Assembly (NCBI GenBank): GCA_030648155.1
Contig: JAUSIK010000016.1
Coordinates: 81,944 to 145,943, forward strand
Source: Nanobdellota archaeon
Lineage (GTDB): Archaea > Nanobdellota > Nanobdellia > Pacearchaeales > GW2011-AR1
Length of the DNA stretch: 64,000 bases
Reading direction: 5' to 3'
Positions 36,652-45,171 of the stretch are shown here, one piece after another. A model generated the notes under the pieces. It was not told where the DNA came from. It searched no databases and worked only from the letters and a program-made list of their open reading frames with translations. A program made the translations under genes and the position numbers. How positions within the stretch are numbered: the stretch's first letter is position 1; every line of letters starts with the position of its first letter.

Positions 36652-37620
36652 ATGGAAAAAAGAAGGTTAATTGAGGTGGTTGATAGTTTTAAAGATAAAA
36701 ATATTGTTGTATTTGGGGATGTGGCCATAGATAAGTATGTTTATGGAAAAGTTGAAAGAGTTAATCCTGAAAACCCTGGGGCGCCACTTTTAAAGATTGA
36801 AAAAAAAGAATATAGATTAGGATGCGCAGCAAATGTTGCCCTTAATATTTTATCTTTGCAGGGAAAGGCTTGTCTAGGATGTGTTATTGGGGATGATAAT
36901 AATGGAAAATTATTTGAAGATTTATGCAATTCATATGGAATAAAATTATTTTCCGTAAGAGAAGGAGAGATGATAATTAAGGAAAGATCTATAGAATCTG
37001 AATTTAACCAATATCTTTTGAGAACAGATGACGGGGAATTTAGCCTTCCACTAATAACCACTGAATCGCAAAATATTTTACTAGATAATTTGGCAAGGTA
37101 TAAAATAGACGCTATAATATTATCCGATTATAATAAACATTTATTCAGAAATGGATTCGCTAAAAGAATAATCTCGTTTGGAGAGAAGAATAAAATTCCA
37201 GTTGTAGTAGATCCAAAGCCTGTTAATTCTTTATCGTTTGAAAATTCTACATTAATATGCCCTAATTTAAAAGAAGCCAAAGAAATTGTGGATTCTAATT
37301 CTGAAGAGCCTAGATATCTTGCACGAAAGTTAAAAGAAATTGTAAAAAGTAAATACATCATAGTTACTTGCGGAAAAAATGGGATGGTTTGTTATGACGG
37401 CAATGAGTTCACCGAAATACCTACTAAAGTTAGAGAGGTAGTTGACGTTACAGGGGCTGGAGACACTGTTTGTGCAGTTGTTACGCTTGGTTTAGCATCT
37501 GGTTTAAATTTAGTTGAATCAGCACATTTGGCTAACTATGCTGCTGGAATTGTGGTGGAAAAGCAAGGCACCTCGAGTGTTAACGCCCAAGAGCTTATCA
37601 GCAGAATAAATGAAGATTAG
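36652..37620 (+). CDS. PfkB-family sugar kinase, RfaE/HldE domain-I-like (heptose-7-phosphate kinase-like)
   Basis: VFGDVAIDKYVYGKVERVNPENPGAPLL...GCAANVALN and the C-terminal TGAGDTV. Confidence 0.75.
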   Translation: MEKRRLIEVVDSFKDKNIVVFGDVAIDKYVYGKVERVNPENPGAPLLKIEKKEYRLGCAANVALNILSLQGKACLGCVIGDDNNGKLFEDLCNSYGIKLFSVREGEMIIKERSIESEFNQYLLRTDDGEFSLPLITTESQNILLDNLARYKIDAIILSDYNKHLFRNGFAKRIISFGEKNKIPVVVDPKPVNSLSFENSTLICPNLKEAKEIVDSNSEEPRYLARKLKEIVKSKYIIVTCGKNGMVCYDGNEFTEIPTKVREVVDVTGAGDTVCAVVTLGLASGLNLVESAHLANYAAGIVVEKQGTSSVNAQELISRINED

Positions 37621-37630
37621 AAAAGAGAAG

Positions 37631-37640
37631 CTTTAAAATA
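37631..37640 (+). promoter_or_regulatory. TATA-like box (ctttaaaata) upstream of tRNA-Leu(CAA)
   Basis: Ends 24 nt before the tRNA 5' end. Confidence 0.5.
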
Positions 37641-37663
37641 GAGTTTATTCTTAGTTTTTATAT

Positions 37664-37747
37664 GCGGGGGTAGCGAAGTGGTCAAACGCGACAGCCTCAA
37701 GAGCTGTTTCCTTAGTGGATTCGGAGGTTCGAATCCTCCCTCCCGCA
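37664..37747 (+). tRNA. tRNA-Leu(CAA), intron-less
   Basis: Acceptor GCGGGGG/CTCCCGC, anticodon stem ACAGC/GCTGT, loop CTCAAGA, long variable arm, T-arm GGAGG-TTCGAATC-CCTCC. The first 27 nt and last 28 nt are identical to tRNA-Leu(UAA). Confidence 0.85.
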
Positions 37748-37876
37748 TTTATCCCATCAAAGATGGGATTCAATTCTGAAGGAATTGTGCATACGCTAGA
37801 CTACTGTTTTTATAACAGGTAATAGTTTCTTTGAACTCATAGAAGGTTTCTTTACAAAGAAAGCTTGTATTTCTGG

Positions 37877-37891
37877 ATCCTCCCTCCCGCA
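37877..37891 (+). repeat. Exact 15-nt duplicate of the tRNA-Leu(CAA) 3' end (atcctccctcccgca)
   Basis: Identical to 37733-37747. Confidence 0.85.
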
Positions 37892-37980
37892 TATATAATC
37901 TTTAGATTATATGGATGATTCGAAATGCTGTGTATAAGTTCGAATACTCAAACTTTGTAAAGTTTGATGGATCCGAGATC
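37892..37980 (+). repeat. 89-nt element E, copy 2
   Basis: 84/89 identical to the reverse complement of 16240-16328. Confidence 0.8.
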
Positions 37981-38151
37981 TTGTGTTTCTGCGACTCACC
38001 ATGGAAATAATTACCATGGATATTGCGCTGATGAGTCTGAAAGACAACCAAGAAAATTAATTGAAATACAGACTAGTCTTATAAAGTCTTATAGAATTCT
38101 TTAGATGATATTGGATAATTTTTTACTCTCTGCTATTTTTTTGAATAGATA

Positions 38152-38161
38152 CCTTTAAATC
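38152..38161 (+). promoter_or_regulatory. TATA-like box (cctttaaatc) upstream of tRNA-Arg
   Basis: Ends 26 nt before the tRNA 5' end. Confidence 0.5.
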
Positions 38162-38186
38162 GTGTTAAAAAGTTAAATTAAGTGAT

Positions 38187-38263
38187 GGCTCCGTAGCTCA
38201 GCCTGGATTAAGAGCACCAGGGTCCTAACCTGGGGGTCGCAGGTTCAAATCCTGTCGGGGCCG
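38187..38263 (+). tRNA. tRNA-Arg(CCU)
   Basis: Acceptor GGCTCCG/CGGGGCC, D-arm GCTC...GAGC, anticodon stem CCAGG/CCTGG, loop GTCCTAA, T-arm GCAGG-TTCAAAT-CCTGT. Confidence 0.85.
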
Positions 38264-38336
38264 TTTTGTGAATAGGGATTTAAAGTTGTGAAACATGCAG
38301 GTTTTATTGATGTATAAAAAATATGGATATTTGTTC

Positions 38337-38350
38337 ACAAGGTTTATAAT
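38337..38350 (+). promoter_or_regulatory. BRE/TATA-like promoter motif (acaaggtttataat)
   Basis: Ends 22 nt before ATG 38372. Confidence 0.45.
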
Positions 38351-38371
38351 GGCCAATTTATTTGTTTTAAA

Positions 38372-39184
38372 ATGAAAGATTTAGCTTTAGTTTATATGGT
38401 TGCAGGAATCTCCAGCCGGTTTGGAGGAAAAATAAAACAGTTTGCTGAAGTAGGGCCTGATGGAGAAAAATTATTAGAGTATTCTATTAAACAAGCAATA
38501 CCTGCCGGATTTAGTAAAATAGTCTTAATTGTTGGAGAGAAAACTGAAAAGCCAATGAAGGAGATATTTGGGAATAGTTATATGGGATTGCCAATCCTGT
38601 ATGCTAAACAAGAATATAATCAAAGTGAAAGAGACAAACCTTGGGGGACAGCTGATGCTTTATGCTCTGCTAAAAATGTAATTGACTGCCCATTTGTAGT
38701 ATGTAATGGGGATGACTTATATGGGCAAACTGGTTTTGAGGCACTTGCTAATCATTTAAGAAAAAATAATGATGAGGCTACATTAGGATATAGAATATTG
38801 GAGGTTCTTCCTGAAAAAGGAAGCATTAACAGAGGGATTTTTAGAACAGAAAATAATTATGTAAAAGAAATAAATGAAGTTATTGGAATTTTTAAAAATG
38901 ATTTGAGTGCAAGTGGAATAAAAAGAGAAGATTTATGCAGTATGAATATTTTTGCACTGCATGCAAATACAATCAAAACATTAGATGGAATAGTTAAAAA
39001 ATTTAAAGAAGAAAATAAGGGAAATAGAAAAATAGAATGTTACTTGCCTGTTGAATTATCGAATTTAATAAAATCTGGAGAAATATCTATGAGGATTTAT
39101 GATTCAAAAGAAAAATGGTTTGGAGTGACTAACCCTGGTGATGAAGAAATAGTCAAGAAAGAATTGATAGCCTTGAAAAAATGA
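38372..39184 (+). CDS. Sugar-phosphate nucleotidyltransferase family protein
   Basis: N-terminal MVAGISSRFGGKIKQ loop, PWGTADAL and NGDDLYG motifs. Confidence 0.7.
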   Translation: MKDLALVYMVAGISSRFGGKIKQFAEVGPDGEKLLEYSIKQAIPAGFSKIVLIVGEKTEKPMKEIFGNSYMGLPILYAKQEYNQSERDKPWGTADALCSAKNVIDCPFVVCNGDDLYGQTGFEALANHLRKNNDEATLGYRILEVLPEKGSINRGIFRTENNYVKEINEVIGIFKNDLSASGIKREDLCSMNIFALHANTIKTLDGIVKKFKEENKGNRKIECYLPVELSNLIKSGEISMRIYDSKEKWFGVTNPGDEEIVKKELIALKK

Positions 39185-39882
39185 ATATAAATTTAATAAA
39201 ATCTAATGAAAGAGGTTCAACTAAATTGCCTTGGCTTGAAAGCAAACACACTTACAGTTTTAACAGATATTACAACCCTTTTAGAGAAAAATTTGGAGCA
39301 TTATTAGTTGTAAATGATGATATGATCGATCCTGCAAAAGGATTTATGGCTCATCCTCATGAGAATATGGAAATTATTACAATATTATTAAAAGGATCAC
39401 TAATGCATGAAGATAATATAGGCAACAAAGGAGTTATTAACGAGGGGGATGTTCAAAGAATATCGGCTGGAACGGGCATATTTCATTCTGAAATTAATAA
39501 CTCTTTAATAGAAAAAACGCATTTATTGCAGATATGGGTTGAACCTAAAGAACTAGGCATTTCTCCAAGTTATGAACAAAAAAGTTTTAAGAATATTAAA
39601 GAAAATGAGTTTCATTTAATGGTGTCTAACAAAAATAAGGAAAGCATTTACATTCATCAGGATGCATTTTTTTCATTAGGAAATTTTAACCAAGGGAAAA
39701 AAGAATACATAATAAAAAAGAAAGCTAATGGAGTATACCTTTTTGTTGTTGAGGGTGAAATAAAAATAGAGGAAAATATACTTAATGAAGGAGATAGTGC
39801 TGAAATTAAAGATAGTGAAATAATTAATATAAATATTTTGGAAAATTCGAAGATTTTAATTGTAGAAGTTCCGCTTAATTAA
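39181..39882 (+). CDS. Pirin-family (cupin) protein
   Basis: HPHENMEIITILLKGSLMHEDNIGN and ISAGTGIFHSE. Confidence 0.85.
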   Translation: MNINLIKSNERGSTKLPWLESKHTYSFNRYYNPFREKFGALLVVNDDMIDPAKGFMAHPHENMEIITILLKGSLMHEDNIGNKGVINEGDVQRISAGTGIFHSEINNSLIEKTHLLQIWVEPKELGISPSYEQKSFKNIKENEFHLMVSNKNKESIYIHQDAFFSLGNFNQGKKEYIIKKKANGVYLFVVEGEIKIEENILNEGDSAEIKDSEIININILENSKILIVEVPLN

Positions 39883-39884
39883 AT

Positions 39885-39983
39885 TTATTCTTGATTTTTT
39901 CTTTTCCTTAAATTTTTTTCCAATTTCTTTTTTTTCCAGCCACGCCTTGCCATTTTTGGAAAAGTTAATCGCTGTATTTTCAT
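39885..39983 (-). CDS. Possible very small basic protein (32 aa; eL41-like?)
   Basis: My translation: MKIQRLTFPKMARRGWKKKKLEKNLRKRKNQE. It is below the track cutoff, and the eL41 idea rests on composition only. Confidence 0.25.
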   Translation of the reverse strand: MKIQRLTFPKMARRGWKKKKLEKNLRKRKNQE

Positions 39984-40076
39984 ATGCCTGCTCATTCTTT
40001 AAGAAGAAAATTAGGGTATTTAAATTATATGTATTTTTTAATAAATGTTTAAAAAGATGGAAATTGAGCCTATATT

Positions 40077-40601
40077 ATGAAAATAAATATAGCTTCTAAA
40101 AATCCTGTAAAAATAAAGGCTGTTCGTGAAGTAATTCCCTATTATGAAATATTAAGAAATTCTGATGTTGTTGGTGTAGAAGTTGAAAGTGGAGTTTCAA
40201 GACAGCCAATGAGTTGTGAGGAGACTATAATTGGTGCTAGAAACAGATCTAGAAATGCTTTTTTTGATTGTGGTATAAGTTTTGGTATAGAAGGAGGGTT
40301 AATGAAGACTTCAACAGGATTATTTAATATATGTTTTTGTTCTATATATGATGGTAAAAACTATTTTATTGGGATGGGGGGAGGATTTAAAATTCCTCAA
40401 AAAGCTGAAAAATTTATTAATGAAGGTAAGACACTTGAAGAGGCATTTTACTTAGCTAATCTAACTAGTGATAGAAAAATTGGATCTGATGAAGGAGCAA
40501 TATCTATTTTGAGCAACGGTAGAATAAATAGACAAAATTATATTGAGAATACGATTAAAAATGCCTTAATGGAATTTGAAAACTCTCATTTATACAAGTA
40601 A
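40077..40601 (+). CDS. Non-canonical purine NTP phosphatase (YjjX/DUF84 family)
   Basis: MKINIASKNPVKIKAVREV N-terminus and the typical ~170-aa length. Confidence 0.7.
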   Translation: MKINIASKNPVKIKAVREVIPYYEILRNSDVVGVEVESGVSRQPMSCEETIIGARNRSRNAFFDCGISFGIEGGLMKTSTGLFNICFCSIYDGKNYFIGMGGGFKIPQKAEKFINEGKTLEEAFYLANLTSDRKIGSDEGAISILSNGRINRQNYIENTIKNALMEFENSHLYK

Positions 40602-40734
40602 ATAAAGAAATTCTCTAAAGTTTCCTACCTAACCAGGGCAGAGAGGCGCGGTATTCGGAAATTTTTGACTCGAGAATTTCTAATTTCATTTCTGGCCGAT
40701 GCAGAGCATCGAGGTATTAAACCCAGAAATGAAA
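40602..40734 (+). repeat. Bipartite intergenic repeat, copy 2 (51-nt nested palindrome at 40684-40734)
   Basis: Same 5' module (ataaagaaattctctaaagtttc) and 3' palindrome as 24235-24397. The core differs and is GC-rich (accagggcagagaggcgcgg). Confidence 0.6.
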
Positions 40735-40770
40735 TCAAAAGATTTAAATTGATATTTAATTGATAGTTTT

Positions 40771-41697
40771 ATGACAAAGATTCATATATTATTGTACTAT
40801 AAATTTACCCCTATAAAAAACACAGCAAAATTTGCTGAAGTGCATTTAGAAAAATGCTTAGAAATTGGGCTTTTAGGGAAAGTATTGGTTGCAAACGAAG
40901 GGATAAATGGTTCTGTTGTAGGAACAAGGGGCCAAACTGAAAGATATAAGGAATTCTTGAGAGGAATAAAAGGTTTTGAAGATGTAGTTTTTAAGGAGGA
41001 ATTATGTGAATTTCCTCCCTTTAAGAGAATGATGGTTAAAGTCAAAAAAGAAATAATTAGACTAGATAAAAAGGTTGATATTAATAATAGGGGAAAATAT
41101 ATTTCTCCTGAAGAATTTTTAAAATTATATGAAAATAATGAAGATGTTCTAATTTTAGATGCTAGAAACGAATATGAATCCAAAGTTGGAAGATTCAAGA
41201 ATGCATTCACTCCTAAAATAAATTCATTCAGAGAATTTCCAAAGGTTGCAAAAATGCTCAAAGATAAGAAAGATAAAAAAATTGTAATGTATTGTACAGG
41301 GGGGATAAGATGTGAAAAAGCATCCGCGTACCTAAATCAAGAAGGATTTAAAGACGTATCTCAATTAGAGGGGGGGATAATTACATTTTGCCAAAAAAAA
41401 CCAAATACCGTGTGGGAAGGAAAATGTTTTGTATTCGATGAGAGATTACTCTCTAGTGCAGATTCTTCGAAAGTTATTACTCATTGTGTTCATTGTTTTG
41501 CAGACTGTGACTTATATAATAACTGCAAAAATGTAAAATGCAATAATTTAATTAATATTTGCCCTAGATGTGAAAAAGAAAATAGCGGATGCTGTTCTAA
41601 AGATTGTTTAGAAAAATATAGCGGGGTTCTAAGGCAGAAAATGATATCGAATAGAGGGAAAAAGAATAGAATTAATGAAATAGCTGTTCGATGTTGA
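40771..41697 (+). CDS. trhO: Rhodanese-domain tRNA uridine(34) hydroxylase TrhO (YceA/UPF0176)
   Basis: Active-site loop MYCTGGIRCEKASAYL and a Cys-rich C-terminal tail. Confidence 0.8.
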   Translation: MTKIHILLYYKFTPIKNTAKFAEVHLEKCLEIGLLGKVLVANEGINGSVVGTRGQTERYKEFLRGIKGFEDVVFKEELCEFPPFKRMMVKVKKEIIRLDKKVDINNRGKYISPEEFLKLYENNEDVLILDARNEYESKVGRFKNAFTPKINSFREFPKVAKMLKDKKDKKIVMYCTGGIRCEKASAYLNQEGFKDVSQLEGGIITFCQKKPNTVWEGKCFVFDERLLSSADSSKVITHCVHCFADCDLYNNCKNVKCNNLINICPRCEKENSGCCSKDCLEKYSGVLRQKMISNRGKKNRINEIAVRC

Positions 41698-41756
41698 CAA
41701 ATAATATATCTTTTTAAAGAAGCAAACTTTTTTAAGGCTGGAAATTACATTATTTT

Positions 41757-43370
41757 ATGAAATGGAACAAAAACAACAATAAAAAGAGCCATAAATTTTC
41801 ACCGAAGCCTAAAAGATTTGAAACTGAGCCTGAAGAAAGAAGTATAGGCGAGATAACCAAGGAAGATTTAGATAATAATTTATTGCTAGTTGGATTCATA
41901 GATAAAATACAACAGACAGCAGGGCCAACTGTATTCTTTATTTCAGACGGAACAGGGACTTTAGCACTAAAGGGATTTGTCGGTCCTGGGGAAAGAGCTT
42001 ATCCTGAAATTGGAGAAGGGGATGCAGTAAACGTCAAAATAAAACTAAGTGAATTTAGAGAGGCTATAGAAGGGGAGATTTTGAGCATTAAAAAATTAAT
42101 GCATGAAGAAAAAGATAATTTAATAAAAGAAATTAGAGAAATAGAAATGAGAAGAGCTGATATTAAATTTGAATCATTTATGGTTGAGGATAAAATACTA
42201 GAAAAATTAAAAAATTCTCTTATTAAAGCTGCAAAAGAAATAAGGCTGGCAATTATTCAAAATAGGCCTATAATAGTAAGGCATCATAATGATGCTGATG
42301 GGTATTCAGCAGGATATGCTCTAGAGAAATCAATAATACCATTAATAGAAAAACAGCATGGCGGTGGAAAATCTCCTTGGGAATATTATACTCGTGCTCC
42401 TTGTGCAGCTCCATTTTATGAAATTGATGATTCTATAAGAGACACTGCTCATTCACTTGCAAATGAGGCTAAATTTTCTAATAAAATGCCCTTGATAATT
42501 ATTGCAGACAATGGATCATCACAGGAAGATCTTCTAGCGATATTACAGGGAAAAGTGCATGGAATTGATTTTATAGTTGTAGATCACCATTATTTTGAAG
42601 AAGATGTTATTTCTGAACAAACACTCGTCCATATTAATCCATTTTTAGTTGGTGAAGATGGTGCTAAATATTCAGCTGGGATGTTATGCTCTGAACTTGC
42701 AAAATTAATAAATAATGATGCAAAGGTTGAGCAAATTCCAGCGATGGCTGGAATGGCTGATAGAATAGACAACCCTAAGGCGATAGAAGGATACTTAAAA
42801 ATAGCCGAAAAGAAAGGATATAATAAAGATCTTTTACTGAAAATTGCTTCTGTAATTGACTTTACTTCTTCTAAATTAAGATTTATGGAAGCGAGAGAAT
42901 TTATAGAAGTTTTATTTGGAGAGCCGATGGAAAAGCAGAAGGAATTAGTTGCATTACTAGATCCTTATATAAAAAAGCAAGAACGTAAAGGAATTGAAAT
43001 TGCAAAAAAAGCAGTGAAAATAGAAAAAATAAAAGAAGTAACTTTACAATTATTATATGTTGAAGAAAACTTTAGAAGAGGATTTTATCCTAAGCCTGGA
43101 AAATGTACTGGCTTAATACATGATGATATTCAATCATCTAAAAAATTGACTAAAGTAGTAACTGCTGGTGTATTGCAAGATGCTGTGACAATGCGGGCAA
43201 CAGATGAGGCAAACTTTTCTGTTCATGAATTAATTGAATATATGAATAAGCATATTCCTGAAGCTTTTGTAGAGGGTGGTGGACATAAAAACGCTGGGGC
43301 AATTACATTTATACCTTCAAAACAAAAAGAAGTTGTAGAAGCATTAAAGGAATATATTAAATCTAAGTGA
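41757..43370 (+). CDS. DHH/DHHA1 phosphoesterase with N-terminal OB fold (archaeal RecJ/GAN-like nuclease)
   Basis: HHNDADGYSAG (DHH motif I/II), IADNGSS, VVDHH (motif III) and the C-terminal GGGHKNAGA (DHHA1). Confidence 0.75.
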   Translation: MKWNKNNNKKSHKFSPKPKRFETEPEERSIGEITKEDLDNNLLLVGFIDKIQQTAGPTVFFISDGTGTLALKGFVGPGERAYPEIGEGDAVNVKIKLSEFREAIEGEILSIKKLMHEEKDNLIKEIREIEMRRADIKFESFMVEDKILEKLKNSLIKAAKEIRLAIIQNRPIIVRHHNDADGYSAGYALEKSIIPLIEKQHGGGKSPWEYYTRAPCAAPFYEIDDSIRDTAHSLANEAKFSNKMPLIIIADNGSSQEDLLAILQGKVHGIDFIVVDHHYFEEDVISEQTLVHINPFLVGEDGAKYSAGMLCSELAKLINNDAKVEQIPAMAGMADRIDNPKAIEGYLKIAEKKGYNKDLLLKIASVIDFTSSKLRFMEAREFIEVLFGEPMEKQKELVALLDPYIKKQERKGIEIAKKAVKIEKIKEVTLQLLYVEENFRRGFYPKPGKCTGLIHDDIQSSKKLTKVVTAGVLQDAVTMRATDEANFSVHELIEYMNKHIPEAFVEGGGHKNAGAITFIPSKQKEVVEALKEYIKSK

Positions 43371-43510
43371 TTTACTTTTTAGCTTTCAATGCGCCTACGA
43401 AATAAATAGAGACTTTCTCAAAGATAAGATTTTTTCATGTTTTAGAGTAGGTGTTAGCATGGTTTTTACTTTTTTAAGGCTGGTTAAACACTCCCACGTT
43501 TTTTGGGTAA

Positions 43511-43525
43511 GAAAGATTTATATAG
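43511..43525 (+). promoter_or_regulatory. BRE/TATA-like promoter motif (gaaagatttatatag)
   Basis: The spacing fits ATG 43548 (MVQNK...) better than ATG 43539. Confidence 0.45.
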
Positions 43526-43538
43526 TATTGGTTCATAA

Positions 43539-44108
43539 ATGATACATATGGTTCAAAATAAGAACAATTTAGAATTGGAAATAATCTTGATTTTGTTAAA
43601 GAATAAATCTCATCTAAGAGAGATAGCAAGAGCTCTCAATGAATCCCACTCCACAATCCACAGAAAGATTAATGAATTATTGAAAGAGAATGTCTTAGAT
43701 TATAAGAGAGAAGGTAAAAATAAAATATTTTTTATTAAAAATAACTTAAAAGCTAAAAATTATGTTTATTCGGCCGAAATTCACAAATTAAATAGTCTTC
43801 TGAAAAAACATCCGGAATTATCCATAATTTTGGAGGATATTAAAAAATATTTCTCAAAAGGAATGATAATCTTATTTGGAAGTTATGCTAAAGGAATTCC
43901 TAAGAAGGATAGTGATATTGATATTTACTTAGAAACTAATGACGATAGCTTAAAAAATAAAATGAAAGAAACAAATTCTAAGTTAAGCATAAAAATAGGG
44001 AAATTTGATACAAAATCTTTATTAGTTAAGGAAATTATAAAGAATCATATAATCATAAGAGGGGTGGAGGATTTTTATGAAAAAGTTGAATTTTTTAAAG
44101 AAGCTTAA
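43539..44108 (+). CDS. wHTH + minimal nucleotidyltransferase (MNT-type antitoxin)
   Basis: ILFGSYAKGIPKKDSDIDIYL (GSx10DxD) after an N-terminal HTH (LREIARALNESHSTIHRKINEL). Alternative start at 43548. Confidence 0.75.
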   Translation: MIHMVQNKNNLELEIILILLKNKSHLREIARALNESHSTIHRKINELLKENVLDYKREGKNKIFFIKNNLKAKNYVYSAEIHKLNSLLKKHPELSIILEDIKKYFSKGMIILFGSYAKGIPKKDSDIDIYLETNDDSLKNKMKETNSKLSIKIGKFDTKSLLVKEIIKNHIIIRGVEDFYEKVEFFKEA

Positions 44109-44568
44109 ACAAAAAGGAGTTATTGAATTAGTTGAGTCTTCTGAAGAGATGAAATCTTCTTATTTAATAAAGGCAGATAACTGCCTTAAATCTGCAAAAA
44201 TACTATTTTCAAGCCAACTTTATGAGAACTCTACTTCTGAAGCTTATTATTGTATGTATAATTCTTTATTGTCACTATTATTCAAAATTGGAATTAAATC
44301 TGAGAGTCATTCTTCTTCAATAATTCTCTTTGATAAACTATTTGATGATAAAGAGATGGTAAAAATAATTTCTTTGGCTAAAGAAGAAAGAATTGACAAG
44401 CAATATTATGTGGAAACACAACAGATAGTTAAAGTAACTAAAGAATCGTGTAATGAGATGATACTAAAAGCAGAAGATTTTCTAGTCAAGATGAAGTTAT
44501 TAATAAGTGAAGTGAGTAATGAGAAAATCAATTCTGCCAGAGATTCTTTTAAAAAATTGTTGGAGTAA
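44077..44568 (+). CDS. HEPN-domain protein (toxin partner of the MNT)
   Basis: All-helical 163 aa whose start overlaps the MNT gene by 32 nt. This is the typical MNT-HEPN arrangement. Confidence 0.65.
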   Translation: MKKLNFLKKLKQKGVIELVESSEEMKSSYLIKADNCLKSAKILFSSQLYENSTSEAYYCMYNSLLSLLFKIGIKSESHSSSIILFDKLFDDKEMVKIISLAKEERIDKQYYVETQQIVKVTKESCNEMILKAEDFLVKMKLLISEVSNEKINSARDSFKKLLE

Positions 44569-44717
44569 TATAAATTAAGACTGAAAAGCCTACTGCTCTT
44601 TTTAAGTTCATATTAATTTTAATAATAACTAGTTTTTAAAAGTTTGGAAAAAAGGTTTTTAGGCCTTTTATAAGAAAGGTTAAATAAAAAATAAAAATAT
44701 TTGTGTTTTATATAGGA

Positions 44718-44912
44718 TTAAAATTTCCTATGGTTCTTATAGCACTCTCTGCAATAGACTGGTTTTCCTTCTGTTGGTTTAAAAGGTACTACACAATCTT
44801 GCTTGCAATCAGCACATATTGCCTTGTGCTCTTCTCTAGGTCGATCGTTATCTCTTCTGAATCCGCCGCCTCTGTTACCGCCAAAGCTTCTTCTGCCAAA
44901 TCCGCCGTTCAT
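44718..44912 (-). CDS. RGG-rich CxxC-x17-CxxC zinc-ribbon protein
   Basis: MNGGFGRRSFGGNRGGGFRRDN... followed by CADCKQ-x17-CRECY. An SD-like ggagg lies 8 nt upstream. Confidence 0.6.
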   Translation of the reverse strand: MNGGFGRRSFGGNRGGGFRRDNDRPREEHKAICADCKQDCVVPFKPTEGKPVYCRECYKNHRKF

Positions 44913-45171
44913 TTTTTAGCCTCCTGTAGTTTAATTAATAGTATTCCTTTTTTACAAGAATTATAATTAGGTACGTTCCTTGGTGTTTCTCTTATATTCA
45001 ATTTTCTCGCATACATATTCGTATATCATTAGCCCCAAGAAGAGAAATTTTGCTTCCAATTCTGTGTCTAAATTCCATATTATTGAGGTGTTTTTCGAGC
45101 TTTTAAATCTTTGTTTTTGCATTATTTAAGTTGATGCAAAGGTTTAAACATCCAGTATGAGGAGTTTTATT

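Noticed and set aside
16329-37747. A 21-kb inversion mediated by recombination between the two divergently oriented, near-identical tRNA-Leu genes
   Set aside because: Each tRNA simply has element E on its own 3' side, which is expected regardless of any inversion. The window shows no breakpoint signature, so the idea is not supportable without comparative synteny.
38028-38040. Possible C/D-box sRNA (ctgatgagtctga contains UGAUGA and CUGA)
   Set aside because: The two boxes are only 2 nt apart. No second C'/D' pair at guide-length spacing and no terminal stem were found.
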